Positions 25,323 to 38,790 of a DNA stretch of 64,000 nucleotides are shown one piece after another (positions within the stretch are counted from its first letter, which is position 1; each line of letters starts with the position of its first letter). The stretch covers positions 6,262,001 to 6,326,000 of the forward strand of contig OX597815.1 in assembly GCA_951406725.2 (NCBI GenBank). Direction: 5' to 3'. The DNA is from Octopus vulgaris (lineage: Eukaryota). The translations under genes were made by a program, and so were the position numbers. The notes beneath the pieces were generated by a model that was not told the DNA's origin, did no database searches, and worked only from the letters and a program-made list of their open reading frames with translations.

Positions 25323-25677
25323 TATGTCGTTTATCTTTTACTTGTTTCAGTTATTGGATTGTGGCCATGCTGGAACATGATTCTTGTTGGGCAAATTGAC
25401 CACCTGGTATTTTTTTTATTCTGTCTGTCTCTTTTGCTGAACTGCTAAGTCACAGGAATGTAACTAACCAACACCATTTGTCAAGCAGATAGAACAACAC
25501 CCTGTCGGCACCCCTGAATATATTCCTCCGTAACTAGTTCACGAGACAAGTTTCTTCGATTACTTTGAAGCCTCTTCTCTGGTTCCGGCGTCGGTTGTCA
25601 GAGTCAGTCACCCATGGAACCGGAACTGCCAGAACCAGAATAGAACAACGGAAAGTAGTTTGGTTAGCATTTCACTA

Positions 25678-26160
25678 TTGTGTGTGTTTGTGTGTGTGTG
25701 TGTGTGTGTGTTGTGTGTGTATGTGTCTGTTTGTGTGTGTGTGGTGTGGTGTGTGTGTGCTGTGTGTGTATGTGTGTCTGTTTGTGTGTTGTGTGCGTGT
25801 GTGTGTGTGTGTGAGTACGTATATGCAAATATGTGTGTGTGTATATGTGTTGTGTGCATGCATGCATGTATCTGTGTATATGTGTGTGTGTGTACATACA
25901 TGTAGTTGTGTGTATGCATGCACGCATGTATTTGTATCTGTGTGTATATGTGTGTGTACATATACATGTATTTGTGTGTGTGAGTGTGCATGTGCAAATA
26001 TGTGTGTGTATATGTGTTGTGTGCATGTGTATACGCATGCATACATGTATTTGTGTATATGTGTGCGTGTACATGTATTTGTGTATATGTGTGTGTACAT
26101 ACACGTATTTGTGTATGTGTGTGTGTGTACATGTATTTGTGTGTGTGTGTGTATGCATAT
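25678..26160. repeat. Degenerate (TG)n/(TGTA)n microsatellite
   Basis: Seen directly. Confidence 0.9.
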
Positions 26161-26326
26161 AGACAGACACGCAGGCAGTAAATAGACACCCTTAATTCTC
26201 AAAATCTTTTATCTAATACGCAAAGCAAACAATTGAAATGTAATCCATGGGTAGGACTACATACTTTAGTATTTAGTTGACATTCCCTTTGCCGTGCCTT
26301 TTTACTTCCTGCGTGTCTGTGTATAT

Positions 26327-26737
26327 AACGCCAACCACTCCGTGAGTGTAGTGGATGCTTTTTACGTGCCAGGGGAGGCTGGCAGCAGCCACGATCGGTT
26401 GGTGCTTTTTTCGTGCCACCAGCACAGAAGGCAGTCAGGGGAGGCTAGCATCGACCACGATCAGTTGGTGCTTTTTATGTGCCACCCACACAGAAGCCAC
26501 CCGCGTTGACTGGCACCTGTGCTGGTGGCACATAAAAATCACCAACCGATTGTGACCACTGCCAGCCTCCCCTGGCACATAAAAAGCACCCACTACACTC
26601 ACGGAGTGGTTGGCATTAGGAAGGGCATCCAGCTGTAGAAACACTGCCAGATCAGACTGGAGCCTGGTGCAGCCTCTTGGCTTCCCAGACCCCGGTCGAA
26701 CCGTCCAACCCATGCTAGCATGGAAAACGGACATTAA

Positions 26738-26767
<30 letters not shown>
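26327..26767. mobile_element. Inverted pair of family B sequences
   Basis: 26327-26427 is the reverse complement of ~26517-26618. Confidence 0.8.
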
Positions 26768-26770
<3 letters not shown>

Positions 26771-27639
26771 CATCCTCCCACAACTGAAGAACGAAAGTTG
26801 CCATACAGTTCATTTCCCTGACCAGACACCCATTAAGCCATGTAGATTTATTAAAATCGGTCTAGAACCTAGTTAAGATGCTTTGGAGTGACTCAGAGGA
26901 TATTCTTGAAAGCATTACTCATATCTCAGCCGCCGCCTGCCAATGTGCAACCTAAAACTACAGCAGACTTCTGCAGAAGATGGTTGCAACTTGCTGGTAT
27001 TCTTCTGATTATTTTTATAAGGAATCTCCCAGCGCCATTCTCTCGCATCGAGCAGGTTTCTGTCTTAAAAGTACTGAACGCAAAGTGCCAACTTCAGAGA
27101 AACTAATCCACCTCCTTAACACCTCATCCACCACCCCCAGCCATTACTGTATCTATTTCTAGTGTCTGCTGCTGCTGCTGCTACTGCTACTACAAAGAAA
27201 AAATAAAGATGTGTTCTAAATAAAGGTAGTTAGGAAGGTATGCAACCAGCCATTCTAGACAATGATGTTTAGGGTACTTGGCAAATACATATTCTCAAAA
27301 ATGGCATTTGGGAGCCAGGTAAAAGAACACAGCCTAGACAATGGTATTTAGGGAGCTACACAAAGATCCTTTCTAGGTAATAGTGTTTATGCAGTTATGT
27401 AAAATGCACAACCTAGGCACAGGAATAGCTGCATGGTAAGAAGTTTGCTTCCCAAGTACATGGTTCTGGGTTCGGTTCCACTGCGTGGCACCTTGGGCAT
27501 GTGTCTATTACTGTATCCTTGTGAGTGGATTTGGTGAAATGAAACTGAAAGAAGCCCATCATATATATATGGTAAACTTCTTACCATGCACCCCTTCCTG
27601 TGCCTAGGTTGTGCATTTTACATAACTCCGTAAACACTA

Positions 27640-28020
27640 TGTGCAGGAGTTGCTGTGTTGTAAGTAGCTTGCTTACCAACCACATGGTTCCGGGTTCATT
27701 CCCACTGCGTGGCACCTTGAGCAAGTGTCTTCTAATATAGCCTCGGCCCGACCAAAGCCTTGTGAGTGGATTTGGCAGACGGAAACTGAAAAGAAGCCCG
27801 TCGTATATATATATATGTATATATATGTGTTCCCCAACATCGCTTGACTACTGATGCTGGTGTGTTTATGTCCCCATAACTTAGCGGTTCGGCAAAAGAG
27901 ACTGATAGAATAAGTACTATGCTTACAAAGAATAAGTCCTGGGGTTGATTTCCTCGACTAAAGGCGGTGCTCCAGCATGGCCACAGTCAAATGACTGAAA
28001 CAGGTGAAAGAGAGTGAAGG
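27640..28020 (+). mobile_element. SINE family A
   Basis: Homologous to other copies; a partial copy precedes it at ~27414-27570. Confidence 0.85.
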
Positions 28021-28151
28021 AGAGAATGGAATTAAGAGAGCTTTGCAAAGCGGCAATTCAGCAAATGGTGTTATTGGGAGTCAGATGATCACCTCATTGA
28101 CAATGGCATTCACAGAACTTGACATACAAAGGTTCTGAATTAGGGGTAACT

Positions 28152-28566
28152 TTAACCCTTTTATATTTAAACCGACCATATCTGGCCAAAATGGTCTATT
28201 CGCTTTATGTTGAAACTGGCCAGATCTGGCATCTCACACCTACCCAACAATGTCATTCTAAAAGTAACGAATCACAGCATTGAAATATCAAGGTCACACA
28301 CTTATGAAAGGTTAATTCAAAGCAATGGACAAATAAACATTGCATTTGACAGAGAAATCATCATCATCATCATCATCATCGTTTAGCGTCCGTTTTCCAT
28401 GCTAGCATGGGTTGGACGGTTCAACTGGGGTCTGTGAAGCCAGAAGGCTTCATCAGGCCCAGTCAGATCTGGCATTGTTTCTACGGCTGGATGCCCTTCC
28501 TAACGCCAACCACTCCGTGAGTGTAGTGGGTGCTTTTTATGTGCACCTGAATACAAAAGCATTCAA
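28152..28566. mobile_element. Older TTAA-type MITE interrupted by a family B repeat (28358-28545)
   Basis: Left end TTAACCCTTTTATATT; degenerate right end AATACAAAAGCATTCAA (expected AATATAAAAGGGTTAA). Confidence 0.5.
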
Positions 28567-31500
28567 CCCTTTTGTTACAATATTTCCATTGAGATGCTCT
28601 CTTTTTCTCTCTCAATTACTTTAAATATAACAAAGAATTTAGTAAAATAACTTAGTTATTATTAAGCTAGTGTTAGGAACATAAATTGTGACTAAGGTTT
28701 GGTGGAAGATTTTAATTCAAATTTTATGAAAACAAGACATTTTACCACAGAGCCAGAGCTGGTTTCAGCCGGGTTGGTATCAAAAGGGTTAAGAATTGTT
28801 TCTCTTTTATATATTTTAACCCTTTCGTTACCATATTTATTTTGAGATGCTCTGTGTTTCTTTCAATTGAATTTTAAATATAACAAAGAATTTAGTAAAA
28901 TAACTTGGTTATCATTAAGCTAGTGTTAGGAACATAAATTGTGACTAAGGTTTGGTGGAAGATTTTAATTCAAATTTTATGAAAACAAGACATTTGTACT
29001 ACAGAGCCAGAGCTGGTTTCAGCCGGGTTGGTATCAAAAGGGTTAAGAATTGTTTCTCTTTTATATATTTTAACCCTTTCGTTACCATATTTATTTTGAG
29101 ATGCTCTGTGTTTCTTTCAATTACTTTAAATATAACAAAGAATTTAGTAAAATAACTTGGTTATCATGTAGCTAGTATTAGGAACATAAACTGTGACTAA
29201 GGTTTGGTGGAAGATTTTAATTCAAATTTTATGAAAACAAGACATTTTACCACAGAGCCAGAGCTGGTTTCAGCCGGGTTGGTATCAAAAGGGTTAAGAA
29301 TTGTTTCTCTTTTATATATTTTAACCCTTTCGTTACCATATTTATTTTGAGATGCTCTGTGTTTCTTTCAATTACTTTAAATATAACAAAGAATTTAGTA
29401 AAATAACTTGGTTATCATTAAGCTAGTATTAGGAACATAAATTGTGACTAAGGTTTGGTGGAAGATTTTAATTCAAACTTATGAAAACAAGACATTTGTA
29501 CCTACAGAGCCAGAGCTGGTTTCAGCCGGGTTGGTATCAAAAGGGTTAAGAATTGTTTCTCTATTATATATTTTAACCCTTTTGTTACCATATTTATTTT
29601 GAGATGCTCTGTGTTTCTTTCAATTACTTTAAATATAACAAAGAATTTAGTAAAATAACTTGGTTATCATGTAAGCTAGTGTTAGGAACATAAATTGTGA
29701 CTAAGGTTTGGTGGAAGATTTTAATTCAAATTTTATGAAAACAAGACATTTGTACTACAGAGCCAGAGCTGGTTTCAGCCGGGTTGGTATCAAAAGGGTT
29801 AAGAATTGTTTCTCTTTTATATATTTTAACCCTTTGTTACCATATTTATTTTGAGATGCTCTGTGTTTCTTTCAATTAAATTTAAATATAACAAAGAATT
29901 TAGTAAAATAACTTGGTTATCATTAAGCTAGTGTTAGGAACATAAATTGTGACTAAGGTTTGGTGGAAGATTTTAATTCAAAACTTATGAAAACAAGACA
30001 TTTGTACCACAGAGCCAGAGGTGGTTTCAGCTAGGTTGGTATCAAAAGGGTTAAGAATTGTTTCTCTTTATATATTTTAACCCTTTGTTACCATATTTAT
30101 TTTGAGATGCTCTGTGTTTCTTTCAATTACTTTAAATATAACAAAGAATTTAGTAAAATAACTTGGTTATCATGTAGCTAGTGTTAGGAACATAAATTGT
30201 GACTAAGGTTTGGTGGAAGATTTTAATTCAAACTTATGAAAACAAGACATTTGTACTACAGAGCCAGAGGTAGTTTCAGCCAGGTTGGTATCAAAAGGGT
30301 TAAGAATTGTTTCTCTTTATATATTTTAACCCTTTCGTTACCATATTTATTTTGAGATGCTCTGTGTTTCTTTCAATTACTTTAAATATAACAAAGAATT
30401 TAGTAAAATAACTTGGTTATCAAAGCTAGTATTAGGAACATAAACTGTGACTAAGGTTTGGTGGAAGATTTTAATTCAAATTTTATGAAAACAAGACATT
30501 TTACCACAGAGCCAGAGCTGGTTTCAGCCGGGTTGCTATCAAAAGGGTTAAGAATTGTTTTCTTTATATATTTTAACCCTTTCGTTACCATATTTATTTT
30601 GAGATGCTCTGTGTTTCTTTCAATTAATTTTAAATATAATAAAGAATTTAGTAAAATAACTTAGTTATCATGTCAGCTAGTGTTAGGAACATAAATTGTG
30701 ACTAAGGTTTGGTGGAAGATTTTAATTCAAAACTTATGAAAACAAGACATTTTAGGGTTACAGAGCCAGAGCTGGTTTCAGCCGGGTTGGTATCAAAAGG
30801 GTTAAGAATTGTTTCTCTTATATATTTTAACCCTTTCGTTACCATATTTATTTTGAGATGCTCTGTGTTTCTTTCAATTACTTTAAATATAACAAAGAAT
30901 TTAGTAAAATAACTTTGGTTATCATGTAGCTAGTATTAGGAACATAAACTGTGACTAAGGTTTGGTGGAAGATTTTAATTCAAATTTTATGAAAACAAGA
31001 CATTTTACCACAGAGCCAGAGCTGGTTTCAGCCGGGTTGCTATCAAAAGGGTTAAGAATTGTTTCTCTTTTATATATTTTAACCCTTTCGTTACCATATT
31101 TATTTTGAGATGCTCTGTGTTTCTTTCAATTACTTTAAATATAACAAAGAATTTAGTAAAATAACTTGGTTATCATGTAGCTAGTATTAGGAACATAAAC
31201 TGTGACTAAGGTTTGGTGGAAGATTTTAATTCAAATTTTATGAAAACAAGACATTTTACCACAGAGCCAGAGCTGGTTTCAGCCGGGTTGCTATCAAAAG
31301 GGTTAAGAATTGTTTTCTTTTATATATTTTAACCCTTCTTTCGTTACCATATTTATTTTGAGATGCTCTGTGTTTCTTTCAATTACTTTAAATATAATAA
31401 AGAATTTAGTAAAATAACTTGGTTATCATGTAGCTAGTATTAGGAACATAAACTGTGACTAAGGTTTGGTGGAAGATTTTAATTCAAATTTTATGAAAAC

Positions 31501-34500
31501 AAGACATTTTACCACAGAGCCAGAGCTGGTTTCAGCCGGGTTGGTATCAAAAGGGTTAAGAATTGTTTCTCTTTTATATATTTTAACCCTTTCGTTACCA
31601 TATTTATTTTGAGATGCTCTGTGTTTCTTTCAATTACTTTAAATATAACAAAGAATTTAGTAAAATAACTTGGTTATCATGTAGCTAGTATTAGGAACAT
31701 AAACTGTGACTAAGGTTTGGTGGAAGATTTTAATTCAAATTTTATGAAAACAAGACATTTTACCACAGAGCCAGAGCTGGTTTCAGCCGGGTTGCTATCA
31801 AAAGGGTTAAGAATTGTTTCTCTTTATATATTTTAACCCTTTTGTTACTGTATTTATTTTGAGATGCTCTGTGTTTCTTTCAATTACTTTAAATATAACA
31901 AAGAATTTAGTAAAATAACTTGGTTATCATTCAGCTAGTGTTAGGAACATAAATTGTGACTAAGGTTTGGTGGAAGATTTTAATTCAGAACTTATGAAAA
32001 CAAGACATTTGTACTACAGAGCCAGAGCTGGTTTCAGCCGGGTTGCTATCAAAAGGGTTAAGAATTGTTTCTCTATTATATATTTTAACCCTTTCGTTAC
32101 CATATTTATTTTGAGATGCTCTGTGTTTCTTTCAATTACTTTAAATATAACAAAGAATTTAGTAAAATAACTTGGTTATCATGTAGCTAGTATTAGGAAC
32201 ATAAACTGTGACTAAGGTTTGGTGGAAGATTTTAATTCAAATTTTATGAAAACAAGACATTTTACCACAGAGCCAGAGCTGGTTTCAGCCGGGTTGCTAT
32301 CAAAAGGGTTAAGAATTGTTTCTCTTTTATATATTTTAACCCTTTCGTTACCATATTTATTTTGAGATGCTCTGTGTTTCTTTCAATTACTTTAAATATA
32401 ACAAAGAATTTAGTAAAATAACTTGGTTATCATGTAGCTAGTATTAGGAACATAAACTGTGACTAAGGTTTGGTGGAAGATTTTAATTCAAATTTTATGA
32501 AAACAAGACATTTTACCACAGAGCCAGAGCTGGTTTCAGTCAAGGTTGCTATCAAAAGGGTTAAGAATTGTTTCTTTTTATATATTTTAACCCTTTCGTT
32601 ACCATATTTATTTTGAGATGCTCTGTGTTTCTTTCAATTACTTTAAATATAACAAAGAATTTAGTAAAATAACTTGGTTATCATTAGCTAGTATTAGGAA
32701 CATAAACTGTGACTAAGGTTTGGTGGAAGATTTTAATTCAAATTTTATGAAAACAAGACATTTTACCACAGAGCCAGAGCTGGTTTCAGCCGGGTTGCTA
32801 TCAAAAGGGTTAAGAATTGTTTCTCTTTTAGTATATTTTAACCCCGTTACCATATTTATTTTGAGATGCTCTGTGTTTCTTTCAATTACTTTAAATATAA
32901 CAAAGAATTTAGTAAAATAACTTGGTTATCATTAAGCTAGTATTAGGAACATAAACTGTGACTAAGGTTTGGTGGAAGATTTTAATTCAAATTTTATGAA
33001 AACAAGACATTTTACCACAGAGCCAGAGCTGGTTTCAGCCGGTTGGTATCAAAAGGGTTAAGAATTGTTTCTCTTTATATATTTTAACCCTTTCGTTACC
33101 ATATTTATTTTGAGATGCTCTGTGTTTCTTTCAATTACTTTAAATATAACAAAGAATTTAGTAAAATAACTTGGTTATCATAGTAGCTAGTATTAGGAAC
33201 ATAAACTGTGACTAAGGTTTGGTGGAAGATTTTAATTCAAATTTTATGAAAACAAGACATTTTACCACAGAGCCAGAGCTGGTTTCTTCAGCCGGGTTGG
33301 TATCAAAAGGGTTAAGAATTGTTTTCTTTATATATTTTAACCCTTTCGTTACCATATTTATTTTGAGATGCTCTGTGTTTCTTTCAATTACTTTAAATAT
33401 AACAAAGAATTTAGTAAAATAACTTGGTTATCATGTAGCTAGTATTAGGAACATAAACTGTGACTAAGGTTTGGTGGAAGATTTTAATTCAAACTTATGA
33501 AAACAAGACATTTTACCACAGAGCCAGAGCTGGTTTCAGTCAAGCTGGTTGCTATCAAAAGGGTTAAGAATTGTTTCTCTTATATATTTTAACCCTTTCG
33601 TTACACATATTTATTTTGAGATGCTCTGTGTTTCTTTCAATTACTTTAAATATAATAAAGAATTTAGTAAAATAACTTGGTTATCATGTAGCTAGTATTA
33701 GGAACATAAACTGTGACTAAGGTTTCAGGAAGATTTTAATTCAAATTTTATGAAAACAAGACATTTTACCACAGAGCCAGAGCTGGTTTCAGCCGGGTTG
33801 CTATCAAAAGGGTTAAGAATTGTTTCTCTTTTATATATTTTAACCTCTTTCGTTACCATATTTATTTTGAGATGCTCTGTGTTTCTTTCAATTACTTTAA
33901 ATATAACAAAGAATTTAGTAAAATAACTTGGTTATCATGTAGCTAGTATTAGGAACATAAACTGTGACTAAGGTTTGGTGGAAGATTTTAATTCAAATTT
34001 TATGAAAACAAGACATTTTACCACAGAGCCAGAGCTGGTTTCAGCTAGGTTGCTATCAAAAGGGTTAAGAATTGTTTCTTCTTTTATATATTTTAACCCT
34101 TTGTTACCATATTTATTTTGAGATGCTCTGTGTTTCTTTCAATTACTTTAAATATAACAAAGAATTTAGTAAAATAACTTGGTTATCATGTAGCTAGTAT
34201 TAGGAACATAAACTGTGACTAAGGTTTGGTGGAAGATTTTAATTCAAATTTTATGAAAACAAGACATTTTACCACAGAGCCAGAGCTGGTTTCAGCCAGG
34301 TTGCTATCAAAAGGGTTAAGAATTGTTTCTCTTTATATATTTTAACCCTTTCGTTACCATATTTATTTTGAGATGCTCTGTGTTTCTTTCAATTACTTTA
34401 AATATAATAAAGAATTTAGTAAAATAACTTGGTTATCATGTAGCTAGTATTAGGAACATAAACTGTGACTAAGGTTTGGTGGAAGATTTTAATTCAAATT

Positions 34501-36453
34501 TTATGAAAACAAGACATTTTACCACAGAGCCAGAGCTGGTTTCAGCCGGGTTGCTATCAAAAGGGTTAAGAATTGTTTCTCTTTATATATTTTAACCCTT
34601 TCGTTACCATATTTATTTTGAGATGCTCTGTGTTTCTTTCAATTACTTTAAATATAACAAAGAATTTAGTAAAATAACTTGGTTATCATGTAAGCTAGTA
34701 TTAGGAACATAAACTGTGACTAAGGTTTGGTGGAAGATTTTAATTCAAATTTTATGAAAACAAGACATTTTACCACAGAGCCAGAGCTGGTTTCAGCCGT
34801 GGTTGCTATCAAAAGGGTTAAGAATTGTTTCTCTTTTATATATTTTAACCTCTTTCGTTACCATATTTATTTTGAGATGCTCTGTGTTTCTTTCAATTAC
34901 TTTAAATATAACAAAGAATTTAGTAAAATAACTTGGTTATCATGTAGCTAGTATTAGGAACATAAACTGTGACTAAGGTTTGGTGGAAGATTTTAATTCA
35001 AATTTTATGAAAACAAGACATTTTACCACAGAGCCAGAGCTGGTTTCAGCCGGGTTGCTATCAAAAGGGTTAAGAATTGTTTCTCTTTATATATTTTAAC
35101 CCTTTCGTTACCATATTTATTTTGAGATGCTCTGTGTTTCTTTCAATTACTTTAAATATAACAAAGAATTTAGTAAAATAACTTGGTTATCATGTAGCTA
35201 GTATTAGGAACATAAACTGTGACTAAGGTTTGGTGGAAGATTTTAATTCAAATTTTATGAAAACAAGACATTTTACCACAGAGCCAGAGCTGGTTTCAGT
35301 CAGGTTGGTATCAAAAGGGTTAAGAATTGTTTCTCTTTTATATATTTTAACCCTTTCGTTACCATATTTATTTTGAGATGCTCTGTGTTTCTTTCAATTA
35401 CTTTAAATATAACAAAGAATTTAGTAAAATAACTTGGTTATCATGTAGCTAGTATTAGGAACATAAACTGTGACTAAGGTTTGGTGGAAGATTTTAATTC
35501 AAATTTTATGAAAACAAGACATTTTACCACAGAGCCAGAGCTGGTTTCAGCCGGGTTGCTATCAAAAGGGTTAAGAATTGTTTTCTTCTTTATATATTTT
35601 AACCCTTCGTTACCATATTTATTTTGAGATGCTCTGTGTTTCTTTCAATTACTTTAAATATAACAAAGAATTTAGTAAAATAACTTGGTTATCATGTAGC
35701 TAGTATTAGGAACATAAACTGTGACTAAGGTTTGGTGGAAGATTTTAATTCAAATTTTATGAAAACAAGACATTTTACCACAGAGCCAGAGCTGGTTTCA
35801 GTTCAGCCAAGGTTGGTATCAAAAGGGTTAAGAATTGTTTCTCTTTTATATATTTTAACCCTTTCGTTACCATATTTATTTTGAGATGCTCTGTGTTTCT
35901 TTCAATTACTTTAAATATAACAAAGAATTTAGTAAAATAACTTGGTTATCATGTAGCTAGTATTAGGAACATAAACCCTTTCGTTACCATATTTCTGTTG
36001 AGATGCTCTCTGTTTCTCTCTCGATTACTTTAAATATAACAAAGAATTTAGTAAAATAACTTGGTTATCATTCAGCTAGTGTTAGGAACATAAATTGTGA
36101 CTAAGGTTTGGTGGAAGATTTTGATTCAAAACTTATGAAAACAAGACATTTGTATTACAGAACTAGAGCTGGTTTCAACCGGGTTGGTATCAAAAGGGTT
36201 AGGAATTGTTTCTCTTTTATATATTTCAACCCTTTTGTTACCATATTTATTTTGAGATGCTCTGTGTTTCTTTCAATTACTTTAAATATAACAAAGAATT
36301 TAGTAAATTAACTTAGTTATCATTAAGCTGGTGTTAGGAACATAAATTGTGACCAAGGTTTGGTGGAAGATTTTAATTCAAGACTTATGAAAACAAGACA
36401 TTTTACCACAGAGCCAGAGCTGGTTTCAGCCGGATTGGTAACGAAAGGGTTAA
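28563..36453. repeat. Tandem array of a ~251 bp unit (piggyBac-type MITE plus ~23 bp spacer); 32 unit starts, one truncated
   Basis: Each unit runs TTAA-CCCTTTCGTTACCA ... TGGTATCAAAAGGG-TTAA, followed by the spacer GAATTGTTTCTCTTTTATATATT. Unit starts were counted from 28563 to 36225. Confidence 0.95.
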
Positions 36454-36624
36454 AGAAGCTTTATGCTGATGATAGTGACTGAAGGATTTGGAATTATATG
36501 CTGCTGTACTTGCTATGGAAATATGTGACAAATACCACTGCTTGAGGCTCTGGGAGCAGACTCACTGGTGTAGTGCTGCACCCATAAATTAAATAAAATA
36601 AGCATTTTTTTCTATTTGTATAAA

Positions 36625-36931
36625 TGGCACGGCATTGGTCACAATGATGAGTGTTTCTGTTGATGTGCTCATGAAATTAATATGCAAGTGGCTGAGTACT
36701 CCACAGACACACAAGTCTTTAATGTACTTCTCAGGGAGATTCAGCGTGACACAGAATGTGACAAGGCCGGCCCTTTGAAATACAGGTACTACTCATTTTT
36801 GTCAGCTGAGTGGACTGGAGCAATGTGAAGTAAAGTGTCTTGCTCAAGGACACAATGCACCGCTGGGAATTGAACTCACGACCTTACGATTGTGAGCCGA
36901 ATGCCCTAACTACTAAGCCACGTGCCTTCAC
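36625..36931 (-). mobile_element. SINE family D
   Basis: Minus-strand head GTGAAGGCACGTGGCTTAGTAG...GAGTTCAATTCC and the family D tail. Confidence 0.8.
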
Positions 36932-36954
36932 TGTTTGTGTGTGTGTGTATAGAG

Positions 36955-37155
36955 CAGTGGTTTTCAACCAGGGTTCCGCCAGCACAGTCCAGGGGTTCCG
37001 CAAGAAGTTACAAAACTGCTAAAATCGGCAGTAATTTTTAATTCTCCTGTGCAGATATGTGTGCATAAGACTGTTAAATTATTGCACAGGGGTTCCTCGA
37101 GCCAGTGGAATGTTTCCTTGGGGTTCCACTCCAGCAAAAAGTTTGATAAGCTCTG
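36955..37155. mobile_element. hAT MITE
   Basis: Ends CAGTGGTTTTCAAC / TTTGATAAGCTCTG with an 8 bp TSD, GTATAGAG / GTATAGAC. Confidence 0.7.
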
Positions 37156-37157
37156 GT

Positions 37158-37256
37158 ATAGACTCCATCAACTGCCAGGAGGGTAAGCTAGAGGAGGTAG
37201 GTAGCTTCCATTATCTGGGTGACCGAGTTAGAGGTGGAGGTGAATGCTCCAAGAGT
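37158..37256 (+). pseudogene. RTE-clade LINE reverse transcriptase fragment
   Basis: Translates to IDSINCQEGKLEEVGSFHYLGDRVRGGGECSKS, matching the LExVxxFxYLG motif near the end of non-LTR RT domains. Confidence 0.65.
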
Positions 37257-37442
37257 TTCCGTCTACCAAATCCACTCACAAGGCTTTGGTCGGTCCGAGG
37301 CTACAGTAGGAGACACTTCCTCAAGGTGCCATGCAATGGGATTGAACCCAGAACCATGTGGTTGGGAAGCAAGCCTCTTACCCTACAGCCAAGCCTGTAC
37401 CTATACTTCTGGAAAAGTATAGGCACAGGCTATAAGTATGAT

Positions 37443-37679
37443 GAAGGTGGCAAACTGGCAGAAACGTCAGCACGCTGGGCAAAATGCGTAGCCGTATTTT
37501 GTCTGCAGTTACGTTCCGAGTTCGAATTCCGCCGAGGTCAACTTTGCCTTTCATCCTTTCAGGGTCGATTAAATTAAGTACCAGTTACACACTGGGGTTG
37601 ATATAATCGACTTAATCCATTTGTCTGTCCTTGTTTGTCCCCTCTGTGTTTAGCCCCTTGTTGGGTAGTGAAGAAATAT
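37443..37679 (+). mobile_element. SINE family C
   Basis: Full head and body ending GAAGAAATA. Confidence 0.85.
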
Positions 37680-38021
37680 ATACTTCTGGAAAAAAAACAA
37701 AAGACAAAACAAGCAGGAGAGTCGTGGTGGGAATGCCTTTCGTCACAAGACTGCTTGATTAAAGTAGAACTGAAGCTAAATAACAACAATAACAACAACA
37801 AACATTGTCTGAATGAGATTATTGAATGAAGGCTGGTGATAAGGAATGAGGTGCTATTTTAGCAAAGGAAGCAAGTCTGCTGGAGTCTGAGACTCAACCG
37901 GAATAAATGAGAACAACTTGGGAGATTCAGGAGAGAAGAATTATCATTGGAACTGACAGCAGCAGCTTCCTGACTAATTGGAATTCCATGCATTATACAA
38001 ACACATGAAGGAACTGTTACC

Positions 38022-38315
38022 GAGGTGGTGGTGGCGGTGATGGTGGTGGTGGTGATGGTGGTGATGGTCGAGGTGGTGGTGGTGGTCGAGGTGGTAGTGG
38101 TGGTGGTGGTGGTGGTGGTGGTGATGGTGGTGGCGGCGGTGGTGGTGGTGGTGGTGGTGGTGGCGGCGATGGTGGCGGCGGTGGTGGTGGTGGCGGTTGC
38201 TGCTGCCGCTGCTCTTGTTGCTCTTTGTTGTAGCTGCTGTTGCTGTTGGCGTTGTTGTTGTGTCTGCTTGTTGCTAATATTGCTGTCGTTGCTGCTGCTG
38301 TTGTTCTTACTTTCC

Positions 38316-38367
<52 letters not shown>

Positions 38368-38747
38368 CATCATCATCATAGTCATCATCATCTATCATCT
38401 ATCATCATCATCATCTCTCATCATCATCTCTCATCATCATCATATTATCATCATCATCATCATCATCATCTCTCATCATCATCATATTATCATCATCATA
38501 TCATCATCATATTATCATCATCATCATCATCATCTCTCATCATCATCATATTATCATCATCATCATCATCTCTCATCATCATCATATTATCATCATCATA
38601 TCATCATCATCATCATCATCATCTCTCATCATCATCATCATCATATCGTCATCATCATCATCCTCATCATCATTATCGTCATCATCATCTCTCATCATCA
38701 GCATCAGCATCATAATCGTCTATCATCTATCATCATCAGCATCATCA

Positions 38748-38788
<41 letters not shown>

Positions 38789-38790
38789 AA
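38022..38790. repeat. (GGT)n, (GCT/GTT)n and (CAT)n trinucleotide low-complexity tract
   Basis: Seen directly. Confidence 0.9.

Noticed and set aside
28563-36453. Array as a CRISPR locus or a repeated small gene (MVEDFNSNFMKTRH... ORFs)
   Set aside because: The spacers are identical rather than unique, there are no cas genes, and the context is eukaryotic. The ORFs are frame-shifted differently in each unit.
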